The translations under genes were made by a program, and so were the position numbers. A stretch of 45,648 nucleotides of DNA from Fonticula alba ATCC 38817. Its lineage: Eukaryota; Protista; Nucleariida. Every line of letters starts with the position of its first letter. Positions within the stretch are counted from its first letter, which is position 1. The stretch lies in NCBI GenBank assembly GCA_000388065.2, contig KB932211.1; one strand, 5' to 3'. The notes below the pieces were generated by a model. That model was not told where the DNA came from, ran no database searches, and saw only the letters and a list, made by a program, of their open reading frames with translations. Positions 23,391-34,958 of this stretch are shown here, piece after piece.

Positions 23391-25234
23391 GGCCGGGGGA
23401 GTGCGCAGGAAAAAGGCGCCAGTACGGCCTGCGGCGGGGAAGGCCGCGCCGCCGGCGAGCGATGGCACCCCGCTGGGAGGCGACGCATCGCAGGACCGGT
23501 CCGACCGACCCGGCTGCCCCGCTCGAGCAGCCGCCAAAAGGACCCTTTTTTATTTCTCCATCACTACCCCCAGTGTGCGACAGCCCCCCTCCGCCCCTCC
23601 GGCCCTGTGCCGAAGGGGCCGCCACCGCCGCTCGGCTGCCAGGCATGCTCGGTGCATTGAAATGGTCTGTCAGCCCCCTACGAGGGGGTGGACCTCTCCT
23701 CGCGCCCGCCCGCCGCACGAGGAGGGCCCCCCGGCGGCCCACGCCGGGGACGCCCTGCCGGCCCGAGCGGCCGCGTGCCGGGATGCGCACTGGCCCCGGG
23801 GCCCCTACCGCAGGAGGGGGGGGGGAGTATGACTTGCGACCATCGATCTTCCACGGGGCCACGCCGAAGTCGCCCGGGCGGGAGGTGGTCTTTCCCCCGG
23901 CGGCCGGGCCTCCCTTCGGATGCTCGGCCAGCCCTTTGCCGCGCGTGGCCCCGGGGCCGACACGGGCACACGCGACGCCACACGGCCGGGCCACGCCGGC
24001 CAGCACCCGGCCTCCGGCCGACCGGCGCCGCGCGGCGACAACCACCAAACGGGCCCTGGCCGGCGGGGACACACCCTGGCAATGGCCTGCACCCCGGGCG
24101 CCCACACGCACGCTAGCCCCATTCGCCGGGGGCAAAAAAAAAAAAGAAGCCCACATCACTCGCGCATTGGCCCGGGGGCGGGGGAGCCACCGGGCGCGTG
24201 TCGACCGAGCGCCCCAGACGGAGAAGCGGAAATGCCGACGCCCGCGCAACGACCCACCCGGCCGCCCGGCAGGCCATATCCCCACCCGCCCTCGCCCCGC
24301 CGCAGCACTGATGCCCCCCGGTCCCGGACACGCCCCCGCCCCCCGGGGATGCCGGCGGATCATGCATCCGGGGGGCCGCCCGCCGGAAATCACAATTCCC
24401 GGAATGTCCCATTCCGCCCAATCGGGAAGTGACCGTGCTTTCGTGCCAACATCCCGTCCCTCCCGGCGTTTGCGCCGGCCGGAGACCCCGCCAGGCCCCT
24501 CGCCCAGGCCGGCAGGGGGGAGGGGGGAGCCGCGCCCAGGCCAGCACCCTCGCTCCCCCCGCCCCCTCGCACAAACACACAGGCGCTCAGCGTCGGACGC
24601 CCGGCTGGCTGCCTTGCCCCCAGCCAGCGACCTCCGCGCGGCCCCGGCATTTAGACCGAGCCGGGGGTCGCGGCGAAGACCCCGGCGTGGGGCCCGCCTC
24701 GCGGAAGGGCCCACCGCCCGCGAGGCCCCCTGCCGCACCCAGGCCCCCTGCCGCAACCAGGCCCCCGGTGCCTGGCCGCACGTGCCTTTCCCGAATCGGA
24801 TGCGCGCCTGCCTCGATCCCTCCTGCGAGCCGCATGCCCCCGCCCCGCCTCGCGGAAAAAAGAGGGCACATGTCTTCGGCCTGTCCCACATGCCGCCCGC
24901 CCACCCTTCGCTGTGGTCGCCGTGGCTACCGTCCGCGGCGGCGACTCGCTCCAGCCAGCTGGGTCCGTCCGGACCCGGGTCGCCCCCCATCCGGCCCGGC
25001 CCAGCAGGACGCACCTGCGCGTGCGCTGTCCCCACTGCCCACCGCCCCCCGACCTCTCCCCGATCGCGGCAAAGACGAAGGTGTCCAGCGGATGGTCGGG
25101 TGCATTACATCGGCATGCCGACGGGCGGCAGGGGCCGGGCCGTCGGGCCCGGGCCGCCTGCTTGCATGCCGGTCGCGACGCACACCCGCAAGCGAAGGCA
25201 TGCACGCGCGCGCGCGCGCGCGCCCCCCGGGGGC

Positions 25235-25785
25235 TCACAGGCCCAGGGACAGGACCGCCGCCAGGAGCACGCCCAGGGCGCCGGCAATGCCAGCCGCGCG
25301 GTACCCCGCCAGCGACCCGGCCGAGTTGCAGACGAAGGGCGGCTGAGTAACCACGATCTGGGCTCCGTACGATGTGCCATCGATCACCTGGCACGAGGTC
25401 TTGTGGGCCATCATCGTATTGTCGCAGAAGGTTCGGTCGCCGCAGTTCATGATGTCGAAATACCGGTGGGTGCAGGATTCGGCGCACAGGAGATCCGGGA
25501 AGGAGCTGCACTCCTCGCCGAACTTGTTCAGCAGCCGGGTCTGCTCGTCCGAGAAGCACTCGACCCGGGCCGCGGCCACGGACACTGCCCGGGCCCAGGC
25601 CGAGCCAGCACCACGGGCGGAGGTCGACCGACAAGCGAAAGTCAGCACGCACGCACACCAAGGGCCCTCGGCGGGGGGAGGGGGCAGCGCCACGCCCGCC
25701 CGGGGGAGAACGTACCGGCAAGCGCCGCCAGGAGGAGCAGCCCCAGCAGGAGGGACGGCCGCGGACGAGGCATGACTGGGGGCAT
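25235..25785 (-). CDS. Small secreted, predicted GPI-anchored 8-cysteine protein (139 aa)
   Basis: Exon 1 25785-25716 (signal peptide MPPVMPRPRPSLLLGLLLLAALA), phase-1 GTACGT..CAG intron, exon 2 25584-25235; total 420 nt. Cys spacing C-x15-C-x7-C-x3-C-x9-C-x5-C-x10-C-x20-C. A small-residue omega-like site NSAG is followed by a hydrophobic C-terminus AAGIAGALGVLLAAVLSLGL*. TATA box upstream. Confidence 0.85.
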
Positions 25786-25890
25786 GGTGGAAAGGGGGGA
25801 ATAGCGACACGGGGATGGGGGCACGGGGGAGAGGCCACTACAGCGGGTTGCTGGCCGACCAGAGCACTGGCAAGCGTCGCCGGCCCTCCC

Positions 25891-25898
25891 CTTTTATA
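25891..25898 (-). promoter_or_regulatory. TATA box (TATAAAAG)
   Basis: 106 nt upstream of ATG 25785. Confidence 0.65.
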
Positions 25899-26039
25899 GG
25901 CCCCTCGGCGACTGTGTCGGGATGCGCGGCCTCGGCCCGGGCCAGCCGCCCGGCCGGCTGGTGCTCCGGCGGCGCCCGGTCTGCCCGTGTCCCTGGGCCA
26001 GGGGAAGACACACAGCCGGCTCCCGCACCGCTGGGCCGC

Positions 26040-26041
<2 letters not shown>

Positions 26042-26078
<37 letters not shown>
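26042..26078 (+). repeat. (GA)n microsatellite
   Basis: Pure dinucleotide run upstream of the GPI-protein TATA box. Confidence 0.95.
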
Positions 26079-26081
<3 letters not shown>

Positions 26082-26581
26082 CGGCCAGCTGGATGCGCAG
26101 GCTCTGCGCACCTCGCGCACACAGATCGCCCGTCGCCGCCCGGGAATCCGGCACACAGGCCACCGGCCACGCCCGAGGGCCAGACCGAGGGGAGGGGACA
26201 CGGGGGCTGCCCGTGTCCCTCGGCGTGGGAGCCGGGCATCTGTCGTGGCCCTGCGCGTCTGCCAACACGAGCCTTCCCCATCCGGCGGCCATGTTGGCAT
26301 TTTTGCGCGGAGACGCAGAGGTCCCCACGCATTGACGGCCAGTAGCCAACGCGCGCTCCCCACAACATGCGCAAAGCACCCCCATCGCCCCGCCTCTCGG
26401 GGCTGAGCGGGCCCGGGGGGCGTTCTCGCGGCATGCCGACCGGCCGCCTGCGCCACACCCGCGCGGCATGCGCCTGGTGTCCATGCGGCGCTCGGCATGC
26501 CGCTGCCTCTTGGCTCCGGAGCAGGACCGACCGAAGCAAGCGCCTCCCCGGGCCCGGTCCATTGTCTAGTTCGGGGACCCA

Positions 26582-26641
26582 TACATGCACATGCACGCAC
26601 ACATGCACACACACATGCACACACACATGCACGCACACATG

Positions 26642-26673
<32 letters not shown>

Positions 26674-26742
26674 TGCACACACACATGCACACACACATGC
26701 ACACACACATGCACACACATGCACACACACACATGTACACAC
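26582..26742 (+). repeat. Compound (CA)n / (CATGCACACACA)n microsatellite
   Basis: Direct inspection. Confidence 0.95.
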
Positions 26743-27518
26743 ATATAGTGCGGCGGCTGACGCCCAGCCGGCGCCCCACCGAAGCCCAGGCACCCCAAAG
26801 TGTGCGCCCGCAGGCAATCCCAGCCCCGACGTCGACCCCGCACCCGCCGCCAAAACGCCCCTGCCACCAGGCACCGAAAGATGCCAGGCACCGGGGCACC
26901 CACTGGCGCGCCAGTGGGTGCCCGGATGCCGCCGAGCAGAATGCTCCATCGGTGCCCGAGGCCCCCATGCTCCCGGGTGGCCCGGGGTCCTCCTGGGGCC
27001 CGGGCAGGCGGTCGCCCCTGGCTGCCGACACACCCCGCCCCGCGCACATGGTCCGGCTTCTGTCCCCCCCGAGTGGATCCCCGGAAATGGCCTCACATCC
27101 GCGGGGCGCTGCCCCTGGCCCGGCATGTGACGGCACCCCTCCGCCCCGGCAGCACGCGCGCTCGACCCCGCCCATGTCCTCCCCCGCTCTTTCCCGCGCC
27201 CCCCATAACCGGCACATGACGATGGCCGCCCGCCGGACGCCGGGTGTACCACCGCCGGGCCCACAGCCTCGGCCGGTGGCCCGGGCACGGCCGAAGACCA
27301 GCCGCGCCCCCGACAGGCCCCGGGCCCCCCGAGGCGGGGACATTCACCGGGCGGCCCGCGCGAGCACACCCGGCCCGCGCAGCGGCAGCCAGCAGCTCAC
27401 ACACACCACGCGGCAACCGGCGAGGACACCCCACAAAACCCGGCAGGGGCCGAGGCAAATGAAAAATACCATGCACATCGTTGTGTCTATTTTGGCCAAG
27501 GATCGCCACGCCCCCCTC

Positions 27519-30500
27519 TCAGGGCAGACCGCCCACGGCGACATACTGCCCGGCGCAGCGCTGGCGGAAGGTGGCTGCCGGCGGCCGCCGGCCGGGGTCC
27601 TCCTGCCAGGCGGCCTGCACCAGGTCCCGGGCCTCCTGGCCCAGGGACTCGACGCTCGGCCGGGCACCGCCACACACGGCACGCACGATGTCCTGCATGC
27701 CCATGCCAGCCCAGGGGACAGCCCGCGCCAGGCACTCGCCCAGCATGACCCCCGCCGCATACATGTCCACCGGGAAGAAGAGCCCCGGGTCCAGGGGGAC
27801 CGCCCGCTGGAAGACGTCCACCAGCTCCGGCGCCGCATACCGCACCGACATGGCATTCAGCTCGGGCATGCTGTTCACCAGGGCCGACAGCCGGCTGGCG
27901 CTCAGGTTCCTGGACGTGCCCAGGTCCCCGAGGGCCGCCCGCCAGGAGGAGCCCGCCTGGCTGACAAACACATTGCCCGGCTTCAGGTCGCAGTGGGCCA
28001 CCCCGTGCGCGTGCATGGCCTCCAGCCCGGCGGACCACTGCTGGCAGATGTCCCACAGCTGGGCCGCCGACAGCTCCACCTCCGAGTGCAGCAGCGTGGC
28101 CAGGTCGCTGTCGAAGCGCTCCATCACAATGGCCGGCGGCTGGTCGCTGTACCCGAACAGCCGGACGATGTGGCCGTGCTCGCGCAGCAGCCACATCAGC
28201 GCCACCTCGTTCTGGAAGAGGGCATGGTGCACCGGCTGCATGGCCTCGGCCTTCATCTTCTTCACGGCCACCACCTCCGGGCAGCCCAGCCGGGCCACGA
28301 TCCCGGCCCCGACCGCCTGCGCGGCGTACACCCACGCCTGCGTCCCGGCCCCCAGCGGCTCGTCCAGCGGCCGGAAGTCCACCGCCACGTCCACCAGGAT
28401 GGCCCCGGGCAGGGCCAGCTCCACGATGGTGTTCAGCATGGTGGCGTCCTCGTCGTCGGCCGGCGCCTTGCCGACGGCCTGCCCGCGGCGCCGGCGCACC
28501 AGGAACAGCACCAGCAGCACCAGCAGGATCAGCAGCAGCAGCAGGCCCACGCCCAGGCCCACGGCCAGGCCCACGCGCGAGGACTTGGGCCTGGAGGAGG
28601 AAACACAGTCACCCTCCTCGGGGCCGGTGCAGGAATCGGTGCAGCTCGCATGGCAAGGGGCGCACGCGGCCGGCTGGCCATCCGCATCGGCGAAGTAGCC
28701 AAGAGGGCAACCTTCCACACAGGCCGCCCCATCGAGCAGGAACCGGCCGGCGGCACACCGGTCGCAGGTGCCGATGTCCGGGCAGTCAAGGGCCCCGGAG
28801 GCGGTGGGCTTGCAGCCGGGCTGGCCCGGGCCCGGGGTGCACGCGTCGCACCCGGCCGGGCAGCCGAGGCACACGCCGCCCACCGGGGCCGACGCCCCGA
28901 CGCAAGCCGTTCCACAGGCACCCTCATCCGGCCGCAGGAGGCCACCAGTGCACCCGGTGCAGAAGGTCCCCGACCCGTGGCAAGTCCGGCACGACCCGTC
29001 GCAGGGCTGGCAGGCGCTGCCGCCCGGCTCGGCGAAGGTCCCCTCCGGGCAGGCGGCATGGCACCCGCCGAAGTCCAGGAAGTGGCCCGGCTGGCAGGCG
29101 CTGCAGGTCGCCGCGCAGGCCGCCCCGAGGACGTGGCATTCCGTGCAGGCGGCCGGGCAGCCGACGCACCGGCCGGAGGCCGCGCAGCCCGCCCACCCCG
29201 CCGGGCAGCCAGCACCACACAGCCCACCCGGCAGGACCAACCCACCCCCCCGGCAACCGGTGCAGGCACCCCCATGCTCGCATGTGGCGCACGATGCGGC
29301 GCACGGCATGCACACGCCGTCCACCAAGAAGAAGCCCCCCGGGCAGCCGAGCAGGCACTCGCCGCCCAGCAGCACCCGGCCCGCCGGGCAGCCGGTGCAC
29401 TCATCCAGCCCGGCCCCGCGGCAGGCGGCGCACGTCGAGTGGCAGGGAAGGCATGCGCCCTGGCTCTCGAACAGCCCGCCCGGGCAGCTGGCATGGCAGC
29501 CATTGCCCAGCAGCAGCGGCGCTGCGGGGCCGCAGCTCAGGCAATGGTCAGCCCCCGGGCCAGAGCAGGTCCCACACGACCCATGGCACAGGGAGCACAG
29601 GTTGCCCAGGGGCGTGGTGGTGCTCGGGCAGGAGGCCACGCACTGCGGGCCGGCCAGCAGCCACCCGCGCTGGCACAGCTCGCACGTGTCCGGCGCCCCC
29701 GCGCAGCTGGCGCAATGCTCGGCACAGGGCGAGCACCCGGCCGGCGAGGCGTGGTACCCCACCGGGCAGGCCGGCACGCAGCGCACCGGCGACCCGCCGG
29801 CCGGCAGGGCCAGCAGGCCCGCCCCGCAGTCCGGCAGGCACTCAGTCGAACGGGTCCCGGCGCACTGGTCGCAGGACACATGGCACGGCAGGCACCGCCC
29901 GGCCAGGGCCACATGCCCCGGGGCGCAGTGCTGCACGCAGTCCTCGTCCTGCAGCACGCCGCTGGCACAGCGCCAGCAGTGCTTGTCGCTCGGGCCGTTG
30001 CACGTGGCGCAGGCCAGGTCGCAGGGCTGGCAGGCCCCGCCGACGGCATCCCTGTACTGGCCCTCGGCGCAGCCGGACACACAGGCGCCCACGCCGGGGC
30101 CGGCCTCCACCAGGTCCAGCCCGGCGGCACAGCCCGTGCACTGGTCGGCCTGGCCGCCGGCGCAGGTGGCACAGCTGACGTCGCACGGCTGGCACGACTC
30201 GCCATTGGGCCAGGCCCCCGGCGGGCAGTCGGCCACGCAGGCCCCATCGCGCGCCAGGAGCAGCCCCGGCTCGCAGGCCAGGCACCTGTCCATCGTGCAG
30301 GAGAGACAGCCCAGATCACAGGGAACGCAGGCGCCCACGCCGGCGGACGCCTGCCCGGCGGCCCAGCCAAAGCCATCGGCACACACCTGGCACCGGCCGG
30401 GCTCGCCGGTGCACAGCTCGCAGCTGGCATCGCACTCGGCGCACCGGACATCACCGGCATACTGCCCCGGCAGGCAGGCACTCCCACACAGGGACCCCGG

Positions 30501-33500
30501 CTGCTGGTCGACCCCGAGGAAGATCAGCCCCGGCCGGCATGCCGAGCAGCTGCCGGCATCTTGACACCCGTCGCACGACCCGTCGCACGCCCGGCACGAC
30601 CCATCGCCCCCGGGGAAGTACCCCCGGGCACAGGCCACACAGGCATCCGCCGAAGTGCAGGACACGCAACCGTCCGGGCACGGGGCACAAGTCCAAGTGC
30701 TGGAATCCGGCCACATGCCCTCCGGACACGAGCTCACACATGCCCCAGCATGAAGCCAGCTGCCCGGGACACAGGCCGTACAGGCGGCCGGGTCGCCGGA
30801 CCGCACGCACTCGCTGCAGGGGTCCGCACATGGCAGGCACCGGTCCGGCTGGTCGCCGGCCAGGCCCTTGCCATGGCCACCGACACACTGATCGCACACG
30901 TACTGGCCGCCCGGGCCGGGCTCGGCCCGGCACACGAGGCACGTGTCGTGGCACTCGCACCGGCCATCGGGCCCGGGGAAGGTGCCGCCGGGGCAGCTGG
31001 CCACACAATCAGCCGGCAGCCCGGGCAGCCAGTGCCGACAGGCAAGGCAATCACTCGCCATGGGCCCGGTGCACCCGGCACATGCCGCATGACACGGCTC
31101 GCACTGGGCCCCATACGTGCCGGCCGGGCAGGCCATGTCCATCGACAGGGTCACCAGCCCCACCGTCGGCGCATACCCCAGCAGGGTCAGCCGGCTGCCC
31201 GACACCGGCCCCGGCTCGAGGGCCCCCTGGACGACAAATTGCCACAGCGGCACATTCCCTTCCAGGTGCATGCTGGCCGGCAGGGGCATGATGTGCCCCG
31301 GCAGGAAGGCACACTGCCCGGCGTCCAGCTGGGGACAATGCAACAGGGCAACCCCGATGAAAGTGCGCGCCAGCAGCAGCAGCGCACTCGGATGAGCCAG
31401 CCCCCCGCCCGGCAGCCGAAGCTCCTGATAGTAGACATTCGCGTGGACCCCGTTCGGCAGGTACTGGTACGTCGGGAAGGACCCGATGGTTTGCCAGGAG
31501 AAGGGCAAATGGATGGACCGGCCGGCTGGCAGCATGTCCCCCGGCAGGGAAAGGATGTCCCAGTTGGCCCCGAAGGTGTGCGGCAGCACCAGCCACCGGG
31601 GCAGCCCAGGCCCCCGGTAGAGGGTCATCGGCCGGAAGAGCCGGGTGGGCAGGGCCGGCGAGCGCGACACCGCCATCTCCAGCATCGGACCCTGGCGGTT
31701 GGTATCCTGGCTCAGCAGCTGCTCCGGCATGAGATTCAGCCGCCAAGATGTCCCCTGCCACAGGACCCAATCCCCGAGGGTCGGGTCGGCGCGCATGCCG
31801 AGGCCCGACACCGCCGGCATCCTTACCATCCCCAGGCCGGTGATGTGGGTCCCTTGCAGGCGCCGGGTTTGCGGATTCACGCGGTAGTAGAAGTTCGAGC
31901 CGGACAGTGCCACCAGGTGGTTGGCGTCCTCCCGGAGGACCCCATAGCAAATGCCCAGAGCCAGGTCCACCGGGCTGGCCGGCTCGGCGGCCACGCACGG
32001 CCCCCCCGACCCGGTGCATGTCAGCCAGGTGAGGTAAAATTTTTGCTCCGGTCCACAAAAGAACACCGCATACTCCCACCGGCCATTGACCAGGAAGGGC
32101 CCGGCCTCGGCAAAGGTGGTCACCGTATCGAGGGACCAGTCTCCCAGCAGGCGCACTTCCACCGGCACCACCGGCGCCCGGCCGATGTCCCCGGCCGGCA
32201 GGATGTACGCCCGGTTTTGCTGGGTGAAGAGGAGCATCCCCGGGGCCGGGGCATCGCTGCTGGCCGGCAGCACCGGCAGCCCGGTGCCCGGGTCCACCGA
32301 CAGCCATGACTGCGCGGCCGCCGTGATCCAGTCGCCCGGCTCCAGCCAAGGCGCCGGGAGTTTGGCCAAATCCGAAAGCCCCACCTCCAGCCGGACGGCC
32401 CCGGCCGCCTGGCAGACGCCCACCACCGGCAGGAAGCCCTCCGAGCAGGCGCCCCGGCAGACCGTGCTGCCCCCGGGGCCGGTGGGCTCCGGCAGGAAGC
32501 CATGCTCGCACACGAGGCATGTGTCCGGGGTGCATGTTCGGCAGTTGGTCTGCGAGCAGGGCCGACACACGTGGGTGTCCTTCGAGAAGGGGGCCTCATC
32601 TGTGGTGTCCGAGGGGGGGCAAGGGGGCATGGGGGTCATGGGGGGCATGGGGGGCATGGGGGATGGCCATATCAACCACGAGCGCCGATGGTCGGCGGCG
32701 GTGGCGCGGGCCACACCGCGAGGCGGAGGAGAAGGGGGACGTCGAAAAGACGGAGGGGAGGAAAGACACCGGGAAGGCCGAGGGGAAGGAGGAACACATG
32801 GACCACACCGGGAAGGCCGAGGGGAAGGAGGAATACATGGACCACACCGGGAAGGCCGAGAAAAAGGAACACATGGACCACGCCGAGAAGGCCAAGGGAA
32901 GCATGGCGCCACCAGGACAAGCAAGCACACGGAAGGGCAGGTCAGAAAATGGCCAAAGAAGACACAGGACACAAAGAGCAGGAAGAAGAACGGCACGCAC
33001 CCGCCGGCCGGTCGAGGTACCAGCCATCCGCACAGCCGGCACACATGTGGTTGGCCGAAATGTACGGCGAGTCGGTGTACCCCGGAGCACAGCCCCACCC
33101 ACGCGCCAGGCCGGAGGACACCGTCGCGCTGTCACACACCAGCGTCCGGTCACTGTCACACAGGAAGGCCTCCGAATCGAAGAGCACCTTCACCCCGGCC
33201 ACAAGGGTCCACCGGTGGGCCCCGGTCACGGTGACCGCCAGCCGCGCCAGGCGCAGTACATCACGCGAGAGGGCCACCTCCGACGGGAGGACCACCCGAC
33301 GCAAGCCCAGCCCCATGCCCAGGGGATGGACCTGCCACAGGCGGTCGCGCGGATCGCCCGCCCGCGGGGACACCACATAGAAGGGCCCCGGCGCGTCGTC
33401 CATCGCGAAGGCGGCCGACGCCAAGAGGTAGGCCCCGTCCATGGGCACCGCGGCCGGCAGGGACACCGTCACCGGGACCAGCTGCTCGGCCGGGGTCCCC

Positions 33501-34351
33501 TCGAAGCAGGCAAACACCGCCACATGGCCGGTCGCCAGCAGCACCGCCACGTCCGAGCCATCCGGGCAGCCGCTGGCCGAGGAGAGGATCCGCGTGCTGG
33601 CCACATGCACCGGCTCCCCATCGAGAGGCTGCCGGCGGGAGGAGACCCCCCCATCGCCGGCCACCGCCAGCCGGACAAGGCCCTCGCTGGCGGTCGCCAG
33701 GAAGAAGGCCCGCCCCGGGCCCGCGGCCGCCGTGGCCAGCCCGACCACCGGGTCCACCCCATGCTGCATGATTTGCAGCCCGGTCGAAGTGACCATGCCC
33801 AGGATGATGGTGCCTTCTTGACCCGGGCTGTCATCCGCCCAAAGCAGCAGCGCCTCCAGCGGGCCCGTGGCACTGGCCGCCAGCAGCCTCACCGCCGATC
33901 CCGGCAGGGGGAACACATTTGCCGCGGTGAAGAGCCCCACCTGCGTGGGGGTATGCTCCAACACCAGCGGCGTCGGGGCATTCGGCCGGGCCAGCAGGAT
34001 GAGGTGCTGCACGCCGGCCGGGTTGGACCGCGACGAGGTGGAAGCCTGGCGGGTGTCCGAAAAGAGCGGCCCCCAGCGGTACTCGCCGGAATGCCGCATC
34101 GGCGCCATCTGCTCGTAGTGCCAGAGGGTGGTGGCCGAGCTCCAGTGCGAAGACACCGTGGCGCTGCTCCCCAACGTGGGCAGCCCCATGAAGTAGGTCG
34201 TCCGTGTGAAGGGGTAGCTGGCCAAATGCAGGAACATGTCCTGCCCGTGGGACGGCGCCACAAGGGCCAGCACCGTCAGCAGCAGCGCATAGCACAGCCA
34301 CGCCGGGCCCATCGGGCCCGGGGGGGGACCGACTGCCGGCCGCTGCGCCAT
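27519..34351 (-). CDS. Receptor-like TKL-group protein kinase B with furin-like Cys-rich ectodomain, ~2143 aa
   Basis: Exons 34351-33001 and 32599-27519 (phase-1 intron; 6432 nt = 2144 codons). Signal peptide ...ALLLTVLALVAPSHG; ~18 furin-like repeats; TM GLAVGLGVGLLLLLILLVLLVLFLV-RRRR. Kinase motifs GAGTQA, VAVKK, NEV, HCDLKPGN, DLG, YAAPE, DMYAAG, PW and RRP. Confidence 0.93.
32766..32906. repeat. 39-bp minisatellite inside intron 1 of receptor kinase B
   Basis: acaccgggaaggccgaggggaaggaggaacacatggacc x2, then a 36-bp unit and a partial unit; a 9-bp gggggcatg array is nearby at ~32624-32662. Confidence 0.9.
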
Positions 34352-34428
34352 GGCGATCCGCGTGCGCGAATGCGCGTGCAACCTGCTTTCCGGTGGGCCG
34401 GCGCGCCAACGAGAGGGCGGAAGGGGCG

Positions 34429-34431
<3 letters not shown>

Positions 34432-34460
<29 letters not shown>
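34432..34460. repeat. (GA)n/(TC)n microsatellite ~80 nt upstream of the receptor B ATG
   Basis: Direct inspection. Confidence 0.95.
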
Positions 34461-34466
<6 letters not shown>

Positions 34467-34958
34467 GTAGAGGGGCGAGAGGGGCGGGGAGAGGAGGGAT
34501 GGCTCGACCCGGCCACGGCGCCGTCGGCAGGCAAGGTGCACTTGGACGGCCTGCTGCGCGGGTGTGGTCGGCCCCGGCTCCGCCCGGGAGACTCGCGCGG
34601 CGCCCCCCCCCCCCCCCTAACACGCCGGAGCAGGCCCCACCAACCCGCCCGGGACCGACGATCGGGCAACTTTCCCCCCGCCGGCGCCCCACGCGCCGGG
34701 AGGACCGAAGGGGCAAGGGGCCGAGGGGCGGGAACACCCATATGGCGCCGGGGGCCCGGGCGCCCGCCGCGCGGCCAACGCATGTGCCAATGCATGTGTC
34801 CGCAAACGAGGGCCAATATGCCGGGCACAAGCAGGCGCCCGGCGTGGCGGACCGGGCCCGGGACCGCCGGGGCAGCCCGCCGTGTCCCCCCCTCGCCGGG
34901 CGCATGCGAGGGCGCGCAGCCGACTCACGGCCCGGCCGCCCGGCCGCCCGGCCGCGCC

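Noticed and set aside
26367-32309. 1980-aa plus-strand ORF, plus other long antisense ORFs (e.g. 32519-34963, 40634-42355)
   Set aside because: Antisense shadows of real high-GC3 coding sequence; Ala/Arg/Gly/Pro-rich with no motifs.
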